A DNA stretch of 63,402 bases, filler included, from Stramenopiles sp. TOSAG23-2 (lineage: Eukaryota): assembly GCA_900128395.1 (NCBI GenBank). It is 11 parts of 11 records of this genome, joined end to end, with 100 filler letters (N's around TTAATTAATTAA, not from the genome) between each part and the next. Parts side by side here need not be neighbours in the genome. Positions count along the whole stretch, not along the records: positions 40,433 to 47,045 come from LT650431.1; positions 47,146 to 53,757 come from LT650432.1; positions 53,858 to 60,461 come from LT650433.1; 8 more parts are not named here. One strand, 5' to 3'. Below are positions 44,826 to 57,844 of this stretch, piece after piece. Position numbers and translations under genes: made by a program. The notes under the pieces are model-generated. The model ran no database searches and was not told the DNA's origin. It saw only the letters and a program-made list of their open reading frames with translations. How positions within the stretch are numbered: the first letter of the stretch is position 1; the number at the start of each line of letters is the position of its first letter.

Positions 44826-47045
44826 TCAACTCTCTGCTTCTTCTTCTTCATCTTCTTCATACTCAGCATCATCGACATATTCTACATCGATTATATCACT
44901 TAACTGTTTACGAATAGAAATTTTACTAGAATTAATCGTGCTTGTATCATCCTTCTTATCTCCATCCTTATTGGCATCATCCAAAACATTCTCTGCAGAA
45001 GGTACACTTTCTAAACTCGATCCCATTCTCCTGGGAGATTTTGCACTATTGCTATGGCTAGAAGCATATGAATTTCGCCCACTGTTCCTACGTGTACTAC
45101 TAATGGAATGCATCGAACTATATGGGCTACTACCATTATAAATCATCGATGATCCACGATGACTTCTTCGTGTTGATAATTTTAAATCATTTGGACTAAG
45201 ACCAACTTGACTTAATCTGGCCGCTTCATCTGCTGCTGGACCATTTAAATCACTAAAACGTCGATATAAATGATCTTTTCGTTTAAATTGATTAACCATT
45301 TCATCTCCAATTATACTAGAACGAAAACTTCTGCGATTAGTTTCTTCCCCATTGCCGTTGTTACTGTTATGATTTGGATCAGTACTAGCAGTACCATTTA
45401 CACGGTGATCATACATTGCATTAGCATTTTTCTTATTTGTTAGCGTTTCCGCATTTGATTTCATATCCGCACTTGCAGGTGATGATAGGACTCCACCTAA
45501 ACTTTTCGATAAATTTTTAAATATAAAAGATTGTACAAAACGTGAATGAACATCACGAGCCATGATGTGGTATACTTCTTCTTGTGCTTTTACAAAGGTT
45601 TCACTTGTCCATGTACCTTTCCGACGTTGCTCTTCAATCTCTTCAACCATCTGTTCACTGATATTTACTGATCGATCGCCATCTCGATTCACATACAATT
45701 GATAACATAATTCCAATGCTTCATGTAAATTGGATGGCATCACTGTATATTCCAATAATGCACATTCCTCTGGCCATTTTATTGAATCAATATCTGTTGT
45801 CCGACGTTTCAGTTGTATTTTTTTTTTCGTACCTCCACTATAAGTACCATCTTCCTCATCATCAATCACATCGCCGTTAACTAAATTTGATTTTCGTTTC
45901 ATAAAATCACTATTTTTCAAAATTTCTTTTTTAATCGCATGCATATCCTCATTAAATTTGTCATTTAATTCTTCTTTTTCTTCTCCTTCTTCGCCATCAT
46001 TACTATTTGTTGTAGTACTTTTATTGGTACCATCATCATTATCATCATCAATCTTTTTGTGGTTGTTGTTATTGTCCTTATTATGGTTATTATTACCATC
46101 AATACTACTGCTCTTTCCTTCATCGTTTTGCTCTTTTACACCACCGTCGCCTTTTATAGTTTCATCTAACTTGTCATTAATATTTTCACTTCTACGTGCA
46201 AATGCAGTTGATTGGGATGATGATCGTGAAGATGAACGTGATCGTGAAGATGAACGTGATCGTGAAGATGTAAGTGAACTTCTCCATTGCAAGCTACGTT
46301 TTAACCATATGTTTCTTGGTGTACCTTTAAAATGTGCAACATGTCGAACAGTACGTACATCTTCCCAAAATAATAAATTTTCATCATTGAATTCCGATTT
46401 TAAAAATGTTCTAAATGCTTCTCGACCTTCTGGGTGATTGATGACGTGTGATAAATCAACATCTTTTCCTAAATATTTAATAGCAAATTCATGAATGACA
46501 CTTGGGTCATTTTTAAACACATCATGAAAATGATCAAGGCTACCAACTAATACACATGTTGGTTCCAATACTACTGCGCTCATCAAACGATGTGGGTTTA
46601 GGACAAACAAGGATTCATCCCCAAAACTCATACCACATCGTATATCGGCAACTTTTTTATTGTTATGTTGCAATTGTACTAAACCACCAACTACAATGTA
46701 CAACTCATTTGAAAGCTCGCCTTGACGATAGACGTATTTTGTATTGTTATATTGCCTTAACTCAAATTGCTTTAAATAATGTTCAAATTTTGTATTGATT
46801 TCCATATCATGTTCTAAAAACGGTGCAAAAAATGGTATATTGTATGATTTTAAACGATTTATACAATTAATACGTACACGTTCGTAACAATATGCTTTAA
46901 CGTCAGGCAATGCATCCATGGCATATTTATAATGTTCCCTATCGATGATGCATAATAATGAATCTTTACTACATCGTGCTGCATATAATGATGGCATATT
47001 TATCATCAATGCAGCTTCGCCAAATGTATCACCACGTCCCATATA
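44826..47045 (-). CDS. cNMP-binding domain + split RGS domain protein, 5' end cut by contig end
   Basis: GDTFGEAAL; YRQGE..LYIVVGG..GMSFGDESL; FRTFLKSEFNDENLLFWEDV ... SVNIS..FVKAQEEVYHIMARDVHSRF. Confidence 0.82.
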   Translation of the reverse strand, partial: YMGRGDTFGEAALMINMPSLYAARCSKDSLLCIIDREHYKYAMDALPDVKAYCYERVRINCINRLKSYNIPFFAPFLEHDMEINTKFEHYLKQFELRQYNNTKYVYRQGELSNELYIVVGGLVQLQHNNKKVADIRCGMSFGDESLFVLNPHRLMSAVVLEPTCVLVGSLDHFHDVFKNDPSVIHEFAIKYLGKDVDLSHVINHPEGREAFRTFLKSEFNDENLLFWEDVRTVRHVAHFKGTPRNIWLKRSLQWRSSLTSSRSRSSSRSRSSSRSSSQSTAFARRSENINDKLDETIKGDGGVKEQNDEGKSSSIDGNNNHNKDNNNNHKKIDDDNDDGTNKSTTTNSNDGEEGEEKEELNDKFNEDMHAIKKEILKNSDFMKRKSNLVNGDVIDDEEDGTYSGGTKKKIQLKRRTTDIDSIKWPEECALLEYTVMPSNLHEALELCYQLYVNRDGDRSVNISEQMVEEIEEQRRKGTWTSETFVKAQEEVYHIMARDVHSRFVQSFIFKNLSKSLGGVLSSPASADMKSNAETLTNKKNANAMYDHRVNGTASTDPNHNSNNGNGEETNRRSFRSSIIGDEMVNQFKRKDHLYRRFSDLNGPAADEAARLSQVGLSPNDLKLSTRRSHRGSSMIYNGSSPYSSMHSISSTRRNSGRNSYASSHSNSAKSPRRMGSSLESVPSAENVLDDANKDGDKKDDTSTINSSKISIRKQLSDIIDVEYVDDAEYEEDEEEEAES

Positions 47046-48170
47046 NNNNNNNNNNNNNNNNNNNNNNNNNNNNNNNNNNNNNNNNNNNNTTAATTAATTA
47101 ANNNNNNNNNNNNNNNNNNNNNNNNNNNNNNNNNNNNNNNNNNNNATGAGTCTATCAAAAGGGTCTAATAGGAACACAGCAAAGGAAACGCACTTAAATG
47201 GACGAAAATTCGATCCATTTAACACTAATAACAATGAAAGGGACGCACTTTAATAACGTGCGCTTTCCAAAGGCGGCACACAATGCAGCAGCAGTGCAGC
47301 AGCAACAGTTAAAATCATACAATTCTGGAATTCGAAGAGCTTTTTTTGTGGTCGACGCACCGATTTGTGCATTAAGTTCAAACTACATAAAACAGTTCGT
47401 ACTCCTGGTTGCTACTCTGTTACTGTTTGATAGACACTAGCTAGCTCTAGCTAGTCGTCTATTAACAGTACATAGCAGTGGAAATGGATGGAAAATCGAG
47501 TAAAATAAACTTGATTTCTATAGAAATAATTGATCACTAACCAGTATATATAATAAATTATTCCTATCAAAAAGGCAATGATTTCCATTTTAGATTTTTA
47601 TCGAATGATTCCCCCCACTATGCACCTGCTAATACAATAGTAATAAGATAGCACTTCTTTAACACTAGAATAGCACTAATGACTTAAGCCAGGATCTAGC
47701 CTTACTAGCTAGAATAGCTAGCTACTATACTAAGAAGACGACTACAACATACTGTACAACCGATTTAATGGTTTATTTAACAAGAGCACAAGACTAGAAA
47801 TCCAGGAAATCTATGTATCGTTTAGTCAGAGAACCGAGAGAACTGGAGAAAACATCATCACTATAGGATCATCTTATTACTACTACTACTGGCTTATTAT
47901 TTATTAATCTCCTCATCGAATATACTACTGGAATAATACATACAAGTAATTGATGAATAATAATATATTAAAATATCATATATAAATGTAAAATTCATAA
48001 AATAAAACATAATGAAATAATTTTGAAATAATGTAAACACATATATAATAGTGGTAAGGATAAACGTAATCCATCCACCCATCCATCCTTCCATATTTTT
48101 TTTTCCATTTATCCCCATACATAATAAAAACAAGACGACGGTATAAAAAACAACCATCACCATCATCACG

Positions 48171-51100
48171 ATGAAAATCATCTGTATGTTAAATTATGTA
48201 AAAATATGTTATATTTTATTAACATTTTTGCCATTCTTTTGTTTTTCCACAAATAATAATAATGTAAAAAAAAATACAGACCTTTTAAAATCATTTTCTG
48301 ATCGAATGTTATATCTACGTGAGGAATCACGTGGTATGTTTTATCATGGATTTAATTCCTATATGGAGCATGCATATCCATGGGATGAATTACAACCATT
48401 GTCGTGCAAGGGAAGAAGATGGGATGCGCGTGTGCGTGGTACCTTAGATGATAGTTTAGGTGGTTTTTCCACCACACTAGTTGATTCACTTGATATGTTT
48501 GCATTGATTGGTGATTATGCTGGTTTTCGCAAACACGTTCGTATGGTTATTAACGAGGTACATTTTAATCGTAATGTCAATGTTTCCGTTTTTGAAACAA
48601 ATATTAGAGTCCTTGGTGGTATGTTATCTGCTCACATGTTATTAGTTGATCCTGTCCTTGGACCCATCTTAATGGAAACTAGGTTATCACAAGAAGAACG
48701 TAATAATGAAATACCACCGTTTTCCTATAATGGTGAATTGCTTGATATGTCATTGGATTTAGGGAATCGAATGTTACCTGCATTTAGAACGAAAAGTGGT
48801 TTACCATCTCACCTTGTAAATTTAAAATATGGCATTCCAAAATCAAATAAAAAAGAAGCAAAAGAAACCTGCGTTGCTGCAGCTGGTACATTGTTACTAG
48901 AATTTGGTATTTTATCACGTTTAACTGGTGTTTCTACATTTGAAAGTGCAGCGAAACGTGCTGTTAGTACAATTTGGGAAAAACGATCAAAAGTAAACTT
49001 ATTAGGTATTACATTAAATGTAGAAACAGGAAATTGGAAACAAACACATAGTAGTATTGGTGCAGGTGTGGATTCGTTTTATGAATATCTATTGAAAACC
49101 TATATTTTATTTGGCGATGCAAAATATTTAAAAATGTTTGAAAAAGCATATGAAGCAGTAGATACATATATTATCGATGGCATAAATTATCGCGAAGTAT
49201 CAATGTCAAATGGTAATAAGTATCAAGGAATAGTATCATCATTAGCCGCTTTTTGGCCAGCATTGCAAGTGTTAAAAGGTGATATTGATGGAGGTAAACG
49301 AACATTCGAAGGATTTTATGATTTATGGACACAATATAATGCAATGCCAGATTTATACAATTTAGATTCTGGAAAATTATTGCAATATGGACGTGATTGG
49401 CCATTGCGACCGGAATTAGTCGAAAGTGCATATCATTTATATACTGCTACACGAGATATTAAATATATTAAAGTAGCTCAACATGTTTTAAAAACATTGC
49501 AAAATAGTAGTCGTGTAGAATGCGGATACGCATCAATTGCTGATGTTAGGACACATCGATTAGATGATAGGATGGATAGTTATTTCTTATCTGAAACGAC
49601 GAAATATCTTTTTTTAATATTTCATGAAGCATATATGCATCCACCATTAGCCGTCATGGACAAAGTTAAACAACATAATGGTAAATGTAATCGTGGTGAT
49701 AAACAACAACAACAACAATACGATGATAATGCGGATGACATTTCAAATAATAACAATGGTGATGATGCTTTATTAAATTCAATTGGTGGTTTACCATCAG
49801 AATGTATTGCATGGCGGCAAACTGGGAATTGTGATGGTAGAGGTAGACGTGAACCACAATTTGATAATGTAGATTGCAATGTTATCATCGATACGTATAA
49901 ATCTGGTTATTGCGAATGTTCTGGTACAAATATGTTTAATTTACACGATAAAATTAAACGCCACAATTGTGGTCATAAGCCATTTACATGTGCTGATGAA
50001 TGTAAAAAATATTTTTCAAATTATCATGTTGGAGATGTCTTTCAAGAGAATCAACATGGAGATAATATTGTTTTCAACGATCAAAATGAACCATTACCAA
50101 TCGATATGAATCGTATTGTATTTTCAACGGAAGGTCATATTTTTTTGCTATGGAGTAAATTACGACCATCCAGAATATCGAAATATGAAAGTCGTACAAG
50201 TCGTTCAGAGAATTATAAAGATGTAACGTTATCAAATTGTCCATCACAAGATGATAATAATATGGACGATGATATAGATGTGGTTGATAGTATGATTGAG
50301 AAACCCGCTACTACTACCACTACTACAAAACCTTCATCGTCTCGATCCAGTAGTAGTAATAAAAATAATAAAAATGATAATGGAGATAATAATATTGCCT
50401 CAACCAGTAGCACTACTAGTAGTATACCAAAAGTCATTAACATCATGCCTGAAACGGGTATGAAATATTTAGCAACGGCACTTGGACAACACTTGGCAAG
50501 CGGTGGCAGTCTATCGTTAAATGGCGATGATCAAATTAAATTGGAATGTGATTATCGTGGTATGTGCACAATCGGTAGCTCCGATGGAAACGATAGTTTT
50601 GCATTAGGAGAAATTTTGCTATCAATTCAAGGAGGTAAAGAAAACGTACGGAATGATATATTGACATTGCATGGCTCTACAGCACAATTTGGTGCAACTA
50701 TTAATTCAACGCATGTACTTGGCGAACCATTAATTGCTGAACCATTGAATTCTTGCGCTCCATTAACTGGCACATCTTTTCATAATGCAATTGTACTAGT
50801 AGAACGTGGTGATTGCTCATTTGTCGAAAAAGCACGACATGTTCAAGATTCAGGCGGAGCAGCTATGATTGTGATGGATAAAGGAGATACGACGTATAAA
50901 GATGAAGACACAGGCGAGGAAGTTAGTGTTGAAAGCATACAAGAACATGAACATTTCCAAATGGCTGATGATGGTCATGGTGGTGATATTTATATTCCAT
51001 CATTATTAATTAGTGAAAGGGATGGTAATAAATTGTTGGATAAATTAGCAGAAGGCATTGAAAATGATAATAACGATATGGATGTTGAGGGTGGTCCTCG

Positions 51101-51359
51101 TTTTTATGTCCTTGATATGTGGAGTGATGATGGACGTTTAAACCCAGGTGCTTCGACTGGAGGTGGTGGTGATAGTAGTAAAAGAAATATACATACAACA
51201 CAACCACAAGTGTTCCCATTAACAGCATTATTAAACATGGGTTTGCTACCACAAAATTTAGTAGATACGATTAAAAGTGCTTTCCAACCTGCAAATACTG
51301 GTACGACAACAACAATATCTTCAGCAGCACCTGGAGAAGATTCGAAAACTTCTCCGTGA
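48171..51359 (+). CDS. EDEM3-like GH47 alpha-mannosidase with PA domain
   Basis: MFYHGFNSYMEHAYPWDELQP, SVFETNIRVLGGMLSAH, GAGVDSFYEYLLK, PLRPELVES, MDSYFLSET; PA domain IVLVERGDCSFVEKARHVQDSG. Confidence 0.9.
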   Translation: MKIICMLNYVKICYILLTFLPFFCFSTNNNNVKKNTDLLKSFSDRMLYLREESRGMFYHGFNSYMEHAYPWDELQPLSCKGRRWDARVRGTLDDSLGGFSTTLVDSLDMFALIGDYAGFRKHVRMVINEVHFNRNVNVSVFETNIRVLGGMLSAHMLLVDPVLGPILMETRLSQEERNNEIPPFSYNGELLDMSLDLGNRMLPAFRTKSGLPSHLVNLKYGIPKSNKKEAKETCVAAAGTLLLEFGILSRLTGVSTFESAAKRAVSTIWEKRSKVNLLGITLNVETGNWKQTHSSIGAGVDSFYEYLLKTYILFGDAKYLKMFEKAYEAVDTYIIDGINYREVSMSNGNKYQGIVSSLAAFWPALQVLKGDIDGGKRTFEGFYDLWTQYNAMPDLYNLDSGKLLQYGRDWPLRPELVESAYHLYTATRDIKYIKVAQHVLKTLQNSSRVECGYASIADVRTHRLDDRMDSYFLSETTKYLFLIFHEAYMHPPLAVMDKVKQHNGKCNRGDKQQQQQYDDNADDISNNNNGDDALLNSIGGLPSECIAWRQTGNCDGRGRREPQFDNVDCNVIIDTYKSGYCECSGTNMFNLHDKIKRHNCGHKPFTCADECKKYFSNYHVGDVFQENQHGDNIVFNDQNEPLPIDMNRIVFSTEGHIFLLWSKLRPSRISKYESRTSRSENYKDVTLSNCPSQDDNNMDDDIDVVDSMIEKPATTTTTTKPSSSRSSSSNKNNKNDNGDNNIASTSSTTSSIPKVINIMPETGMKYLATALGQHLASGGSLSLNGDDQIKLECDYRGMCTIGSSDGNDSFALGEILLSIQGGKENVRNDILTLHGSTAQFGATINSTHVLGEPLIAEPLNSCAPLTGTSFHNAIVLVERGDCSFVEKARHVQDSGGAAMIVMDKGDTTYKDEDTGEEVSVESIQEHEHFQMADDGHGGDIYIPSLLISERDGNKLLDKLAEGIENDNNDMDVEGGPRFYVLDMWSDDGRLNPGASTGGGGDSSKRNIHTTQPQVFPLTALLNMGLLPQNLVDTIKSAFQPANTGTTTTISSAAPGEDSKTSP

Positions 51360-51467
51360 TAATATTTGGCATGTATAAAAAGAGTGAAGAGATTTTTTTT
51401 ATATTTTTTTACTTACTTATATTAATACTCGTGTATTATCGAGAGAGAGAGAGACAACCCAGTTTTT

Positions 51468-53757
51468 ATGGTGTGTGACTGCGTTGAGGGTAAATTATTA
51501 AATTTTTTTTATCATATGTGTCATATATATGTGAAAATATTGGAAGGTCTTTACCCAGCAGGTTTAGACATCAATGGTGATATGATTGAAACAGATTTTG
51601 GATTGCGACAAATGTGTTCATACATCAATCGTTTGCTTCCACATATACCATCGACGATGCGAGACCAGTTAAATCCATTATCAGATTTAGAATCATTTTA
51701 TAATCGATTAATGCCTTTTCAGTTTGATCAATTGTTACAGGAAGCTACAACAAATTCAATCCCTCCCATTTTGCAATCTTTTTATGATACACTTCTAAAA
51801 CTTCGTGAAATACCAAGGATTCGAAATAGTCTCTGCCAAAATCAAATTGTACTGGCGGCTATGGACAAAGCAATAGCGACAGCAGGTCAATGGGAGAACA
51901 CTTTTTTCTTCCAACATCCCACGCTTTTAGTTCCATTTCCGGCCCATTTATTTCCGCCTACAGTCGAGATAGCAAATGACTTGTGTTATAAAAAAATTGA
52001 TATTTATGCAAATAATAAGCGTGTTGTTCAACCAACTTCTAACGGGACCTCTCCAAGACGTCCTGGAACTAGACGATCGGCACGCCATCAACAGTCTCAT
52101 GCGGAGCCTGTGAAGGGGCCAACGATGATGATGCCGGAGTCGTCAAATATCACCCCTCCAATTACCACAACAACAACAACAACAACGACGACGAACAACT
52201 CGGTACGGCCAGCAACAGTAACAACTACTTTCATACAAGATGGTCCATTAGGATTACATTTATCAAAAGGTCCTACTGGTGGAGTTGTGATAACTCGATT
52301 GATTGAAGGGGGGTGGGCACATCGAACAAACAAATTGCGCAACGCAATGCGTTTATTGAAAATAAATCAAAGAGATGTTTCCAAATCTACAGTAAAGCAA
52401 ATCGTTCAATTTATCAAATCGGCCCGTAGACCAATCGAAATAGTTTGGGAAACGACACCGACACCAACGACGACGACAAACCCGGTAAGGCCAACACCAA
52501 CAACAGCGACGCCGCCACAGTTAGAACGTACTCTGGATACTGATGTTCTCCTCACAGACGTCCTCAGTGATAATATCATGGAGGCATCGGCTTCACCCTG
52601 TTACCAATGGGGGCGAGGGCGAGGTCGGCGGCGAGCCGTACGGGCAATACCGCATATTTCACGACATTCTGCAAATGTCAATGTTCATCCATCTGTCGAA
52701 AGTGATGCGTCTTATCGTGGTGCAAACAGTCATCACCCTAGCACTCACCCGATGGAGCGACATCATCAGGAAAATATGGTTCTAGCTGAGAAGTTTGCGA
52801 CAGTGGCGATGGTTTTGAATCTATTTCAGGGTTCTTTAGCAAATCCAGTGGATCACCGTTATATTGGCCCAGGATGTGCCTTACCAATTATTCGTCATCG
52901 TCTGCAACGTCTGTTTAATCGCAAAATAATAAACACTATTGTTCAATTTGATATTTACAGATTACTAGATACACGAGTTGATGAAAAGGGTGTTTCAACG
53001 ACTCTCGTGTTGGATGAAAAGAAGATTCAACGATTTTGGGACGAAGGGATCATTGCACCGGTGCAGCGCGATACCCCACTATTAAGCAGAAGAAGGCCGA
53101 ATATTTAGCAGCATGGAATAATTTTCGATCCAATGTGGTTACTCGGGCTCAAAAGGAGTTATGGGAATTATATCAACAGGTCAACCACACGCAGAATGGA
53201 CGTCCTACTGTCTGCACGTTTGGAATAAATTATGATGGTTTTATTGACCCATCTGGTTGCAATTTAATGATGTACTTTGCAGAATTGAAGTACCCAGAGG
53301 ACCCTAATAATCGAAGTTATCAGGTTTCGCGACAGCGATGGATTTCCCACTATGTTCGACGAATTCAACAAGTGTTAAATAATGTTGTTGCTCCAGCGAT
53401 ATCCCTTACTTTCCGCAATTTGGTCTCTACGTCGAGTACTCAGGTATTAATGGATCATGACCACTTGGAACCACCCTCTTCCCAAGTCCCGGAATTTCGT
53501 AATGGCGGAGAAGCACATGACGATCAAGATGCATACGAATCCATGGGTGGTGATGGTCATTTTCAACTTACCTCGGAATCGATTTTCAACGATCAAGAGT
53601 ATATCGGAATTTCGTAATGGCGGAGAAGCACATGACGATCAAGATGCATACGAATCCATGGGTAGTGATGGTTATTTTCAACTTACCTCGGAATCGATTT
53701 TCAACGATCAAGAGTATACTGATTCACCTCCTGATAAAGATGACCCTGATTTCGAAC
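51468..53757 (+). CDS. PDZ-containing hypothetical protein, apparently frameshifted near 53040-53100 and at a 3' duplication
   Basis: GPLGLHLS..GVVITRL..LLKINQRDV..IKSARRPIEIVW; overlapping continuation ORFs at 53036 and 53457. Confidence 0.55.
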
Positions 53758-54031
53758 NNNNNNNNNNNNNNNNNNNNNNNNNNNNNNNNNNNNNNNNNNN
53801 NTTAATTAATTAANNNNNNNNNNNNNNNNNNNNNNNNNNNNNNNNNNNNNNNNNNNNATATTGTGAAGTAAGAAAGGAGAGAACAGGAGAGGAAATAGAA
53901 GCATATGATAGTTTTGTAGCGTCTTACGAGACAGTGAGAAAGTTAACGTGGCAATGGGAGTCCACGGACAAAATAGAAAGGAACGATTTAAATGAAATGA
54001 ACAAACTAAATCAAAATGCATTAATTATTTC

Positions 54032-55120
54032 TTGCTTGGATGGCAAAATAAATATTTTGAATCGATTGCTAAATCAGTTGTAGATTTTCTACTTTCCAAA
54101 GCTGAGGTCGGCGTGGATAGCCAAACAAAGATGGGTGGATTTACAGCATTATATTATGCAGTTGTAAATGGCTTTGAAGAAGTAGTAAAGCTTCTAGTCG
54201 AGAAAGGCAAGGCAAACATAAACTTGGCTTGTTATGCAGGGAAAACCCCGCTGGATTATTCCAAGAGGAAAAAGCACGAAAGCATTACAAAATATCTTCA
54301 AGGCAGAGACGCTATGGTTTCTTTTTTTTCTGCAATAGAGGAGAACAAAGTAGATGACATAGAATCAATGTTAAAGGGCGAGAGTACTAAAGGACTTATA
54401 AACAAGTGTCGTCAAAAAGATAGGTCAACACCATTAAATGTTGCGACTCATGAGCAGCGCAAAAAAATAATTAAAATTCTCTTGAAGCATCCCGATGTGG
54501 ACGTAAATATGGCTGATTTATGCGGTAATACACCATTATTTCACGCAGTGAAAAATCAAAATGAGGTTATTGTCAAAATGCTTCTTGACACTACTAAAGT
54601 GGAGGTGAATTTAAAAAATGCACAGGGATGTACACCATTAAGTTTGCAATGTTTTATGCGAAGTAACACACACAAAGCAATAATCACTAAACTTCTTCTC
54701 GATAGTAACGCAGATTGGAATATAAATGTAAAGGAGAAGACACTTGTTCATTGGGCAAGTTTGAATGGTAATAAGGTACTTGTTGATACATTGATTAAAT
54801 ATGGTGGTAAACGAGAGGATGTTACTAATAAATGGAAAAATCGTAGTACAGATGGAACGAAGACAGAATATTTATGCAATTACCTCGTATGCACGAGAAA
54901 CTTATTCAAATTCTGTACCCATCATTTAGGCTGGAGCTGTAATGTTTGTCGTTCTTCGCTTCCGTTAGGTACTGAAATATATGGCTGCGATGCCTGTAAC
55001 TATGATATTTGTGCAACGTGTCTAGCAAAGGAGGAAGAGCAAGAGAACCAGAAAAAGAGAAAGGCCTTGGTCGCAGGCCTTAACATGGGCAGGCAACTAA
55101 ACTTTAAGGGATTGAGTTAG
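54032..55120 (+). CDS. Ankyrin repeat protein with C-terminal ZZ-like zinc finger; true start uncertain
   Basis: GFTALYYA, GKTPLD, STPLNVA, GNTPLFHA; CNVC..YGCDACNYDICATC. Confidence 0.8.
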   Translation: MLGWQNKYFESIAKSVVDFLLSKAEVGVDSQTKMGGFTALYYAVVNGFEEVVKLLVEKGKANINLACYAGKTPLDYSKRKKHESITKYLQGRDAMVSFFSAIEENKVDDIESMLKGESTKGLINKCRQKDRSTPLNVATHEQRKKIIKILLKHPDVDVNMADLCGNTPLFHAVKNQNEVIVKMLLDTTKVEVNLKNAQGCTPLSLQCFMRSNTHKAIITKLLLDSNADWNINVKEKTLVHWASLNGNKVLVDTLIKYGGKREDVTNKWKNRSTDGTKTEYLCNYLVCTRNLFKFCTHHLGWSCNVCRSSLPLGTEIYGCDACNYDICATCLAKEEEQENQKKRKALVAGLNMGRQLNFKGLS

Positions 55121-55254
55121 AATAAATTAAAATAAAACAAATTGAACGATCTTTCATTCGATTACGACTATATTACTACTTTTATAGCTACCTTTTTTTG
55201 TGAATCTATATTCCTTTATTCTACATTTTACCCTTAAATTATATCAGGTGCCTT

Positions 55255-55681
55255 TTGTCCATGTTTGGATTGGAAAAAGGTCTAAAACAACAAGGTTTTT
55301 TTTCTAATGGTACATTTCAGAAAACATGTTACTTTCGAAGATATTCAATAATTGACGATGCTATAAAAGATCAAGATTGTTTTTATGAAATTCAAGACCT
55401 AGTGAAACATAAAGACAGAAAAGGCTTATCCAAGGCTACAAAATCTGGCCGGGCAGAGACAATAAAAAAATATGAATTAGGAGATTGGATTCAATCTAAG
55501 ATAAGAGAATTGAGTCTTGAGCCTGACCCTATATACCACGAATCTATAGGGAAACATTATACATACGTACGCCAAATATATATTCATGATGATGCTCCTA
55601 AAAACGAAGCGAATGTAAGGATTTTTGGATTAAATTACGATACGAAAAAAGAACGTGTGGAGAAAGTTTTTGGGAAATGTG
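55255..55681 (+). CDS. Hypothetical exon ending in an RRM-like start
   Basis: NVRIFGLNYDTKKERVEKVFGKCG, followed by intron-like GT/AT-repeat sequence; no downstream exon identified. Confidence 0.35.
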
Positions 55682-56595
55682 GGTGTGTATGTCTGTGTGC
55701 AATTATGTATATGTATGTATATATATATATTATATTGGTAGTATTCCATTGTTATATTTTGTACTATGCACCAACAACTAAGACAACATCATAATGTCAC
55801 TTTGATTGACACCACTTTTATTCGCGAATACAAATACAAAAAGGGAAATTGTTTAAAGCATGGGAAAACAATCTGAAAATACATCATCAGTATCACACAA
55901 ATTTATGTAACACAAGATTTTACTATTGAATGTTGGGCTTATCAGTCATCTGATACAAGTTCATTCCAGGACTTCTGACGTATTTATAACATTATTACTA
56001 TTATTATTATTACTATTATTATTTAAGGATTCATCGTTCACTTCATTCTACCCGCTCCACCAATAAATACTACACAATACTAACTTAAACACTTGTTACA
56101 TTTAAAACTCCTTATTTCACATACCCATGCTGTGACCATTAACCATGCCATTTTCTTCCTATTACACACTTCAATAATTTCCCTCCTTAATTTTCTCCTT
56201 GTTTTACAACATTTCCATCGTTTTTACATAAATATAGGGCAGGGGTCCTTGCCTTTCACGGCACTTGGCACTAAAAAAATTGCAAATAATAAAAAATAGT
56301 AGCGATTGATGTGAGTGACGCTCTTCTGTGTGTAAAGCTATAATCAAAAGAAATACAGAAACATAAAAGAACAGATACATATACAATTACATATTGTAAA
56401 AATCATTCTTTTATATCATTCTGAAAATTTGATTGTTTTTATTCTAAAACTTATATTACATATTTCACTATACATATATACCCAATATAAAATATTATGG
56501 CTTCCCTAGCTACTAATAATAAAAAATTTGATTGTTTTTATTCTAAAACTTATATTACATATTTCACTATACATATATACCCAATATAAAATATT

Positions 56596-57844
56596 ATGGC
56601 TTCCCTAGCTACTAATAATAACATGCCTTTTGCACAGGCGGTACAAACGGTGCAGATTGCCCAAGCTATGACGCCACCAGACCAACAAATGGGACTGCAG
56701 CAACAGAATCAGCAACAACAACAAATGATGATGCAACAGCAACAAATGATGGCACAACAACTGCAGCAGCGCCTTGCAATGGAAGAGCGAACGATGAATT
56801 TCTTAAAAGCTCGTCAATGGCCAACAAATTTAATTAAAACACTATGCCGTGATAATAAAGAGATATGGAAAAGATATTTTATCGTTGATGATAGTGGTTC
56901 AATGAATGCAAATGATGGTACACGCCTTGTAGGTGCTAGATCAATAACATGCACTCGTTGGGCAGAGCAAAAAGAAGCTATTGAGTTTCACGGTGAACTA
57001 GCATATCAAAGTTTGAGCGCTTGTGAATTTAGGTTCTTGAATCAACCACAACCTATATGTGTTGGTATGATGGAAGACAACGGAGAGAGTTTAAATTTGT
57101 TACGTGGTGTTTTATCCGGTGGCCCAAATGGTGGCACACCATTGTGTCGTCACATTCGTGAAATTGCTGCTGAAGTTAGAAAGATGGCACCAATATTGCA
57201 ACAATCACGTGAAAAAGCAATCGTAGTTATATTTACTGATGGGCAACCAAGTGATGGCAATGTTGCTGATGCTTTGAAACTGTTGGAACGTAAGTATAAA
57301 TAATATAACATAATTCTTTTTTAAATATAAATATATATAGAAAAAAACAACACACAACTAACATTTTACATAAATACCATTTTATGACACAGATTTACCA
57401 TGTTGGGTTGTAGTACGATTATGCACAAATGAAGACAATGTTGTGAATTACTATGGCGATGTTGACTCAAATTTAGAAATTAAATTGGATACCTTGGATG
57501 ATTTATTTGGTGAAGCAGGTGAAATTGACGCGGTTAATGATTGGGTAACATATGGTTTACCATTACAAAGATTTCGCGAATTTGGTTCACATATCAAAGC
57601 ATTAGATATGCTTGATGAAAGCAAATTGTCATCAGATCATACGGTGGAAATTGTAAAATTATTACTAGGTGATGCTGAATATGCACATCCTGAAGTCAAT
57701 TTTAAAAAATTTATTAAACAAGTTCAACAACAATTGAAATCACAACAAAAGATCTTTGATCCAGTAAGAAAGAGATTGGAACCTTGGATCAAATTGAAAA
57801 AATTAGCAAAGAAATATGGCAAACGTGGTTGTACAATACAATAA
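56596..57844 (+). CDS. VWA domain protein with Gln-rich N-terminus, one intron
   Basis: FIVDDSGSM, GGTPL, IFTDGQPSD; intron 57290-57392 (GTAAGT..ACTAAC..AG) gives LEHLPCWVVVRLCTNED. Confidence 0.88.
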
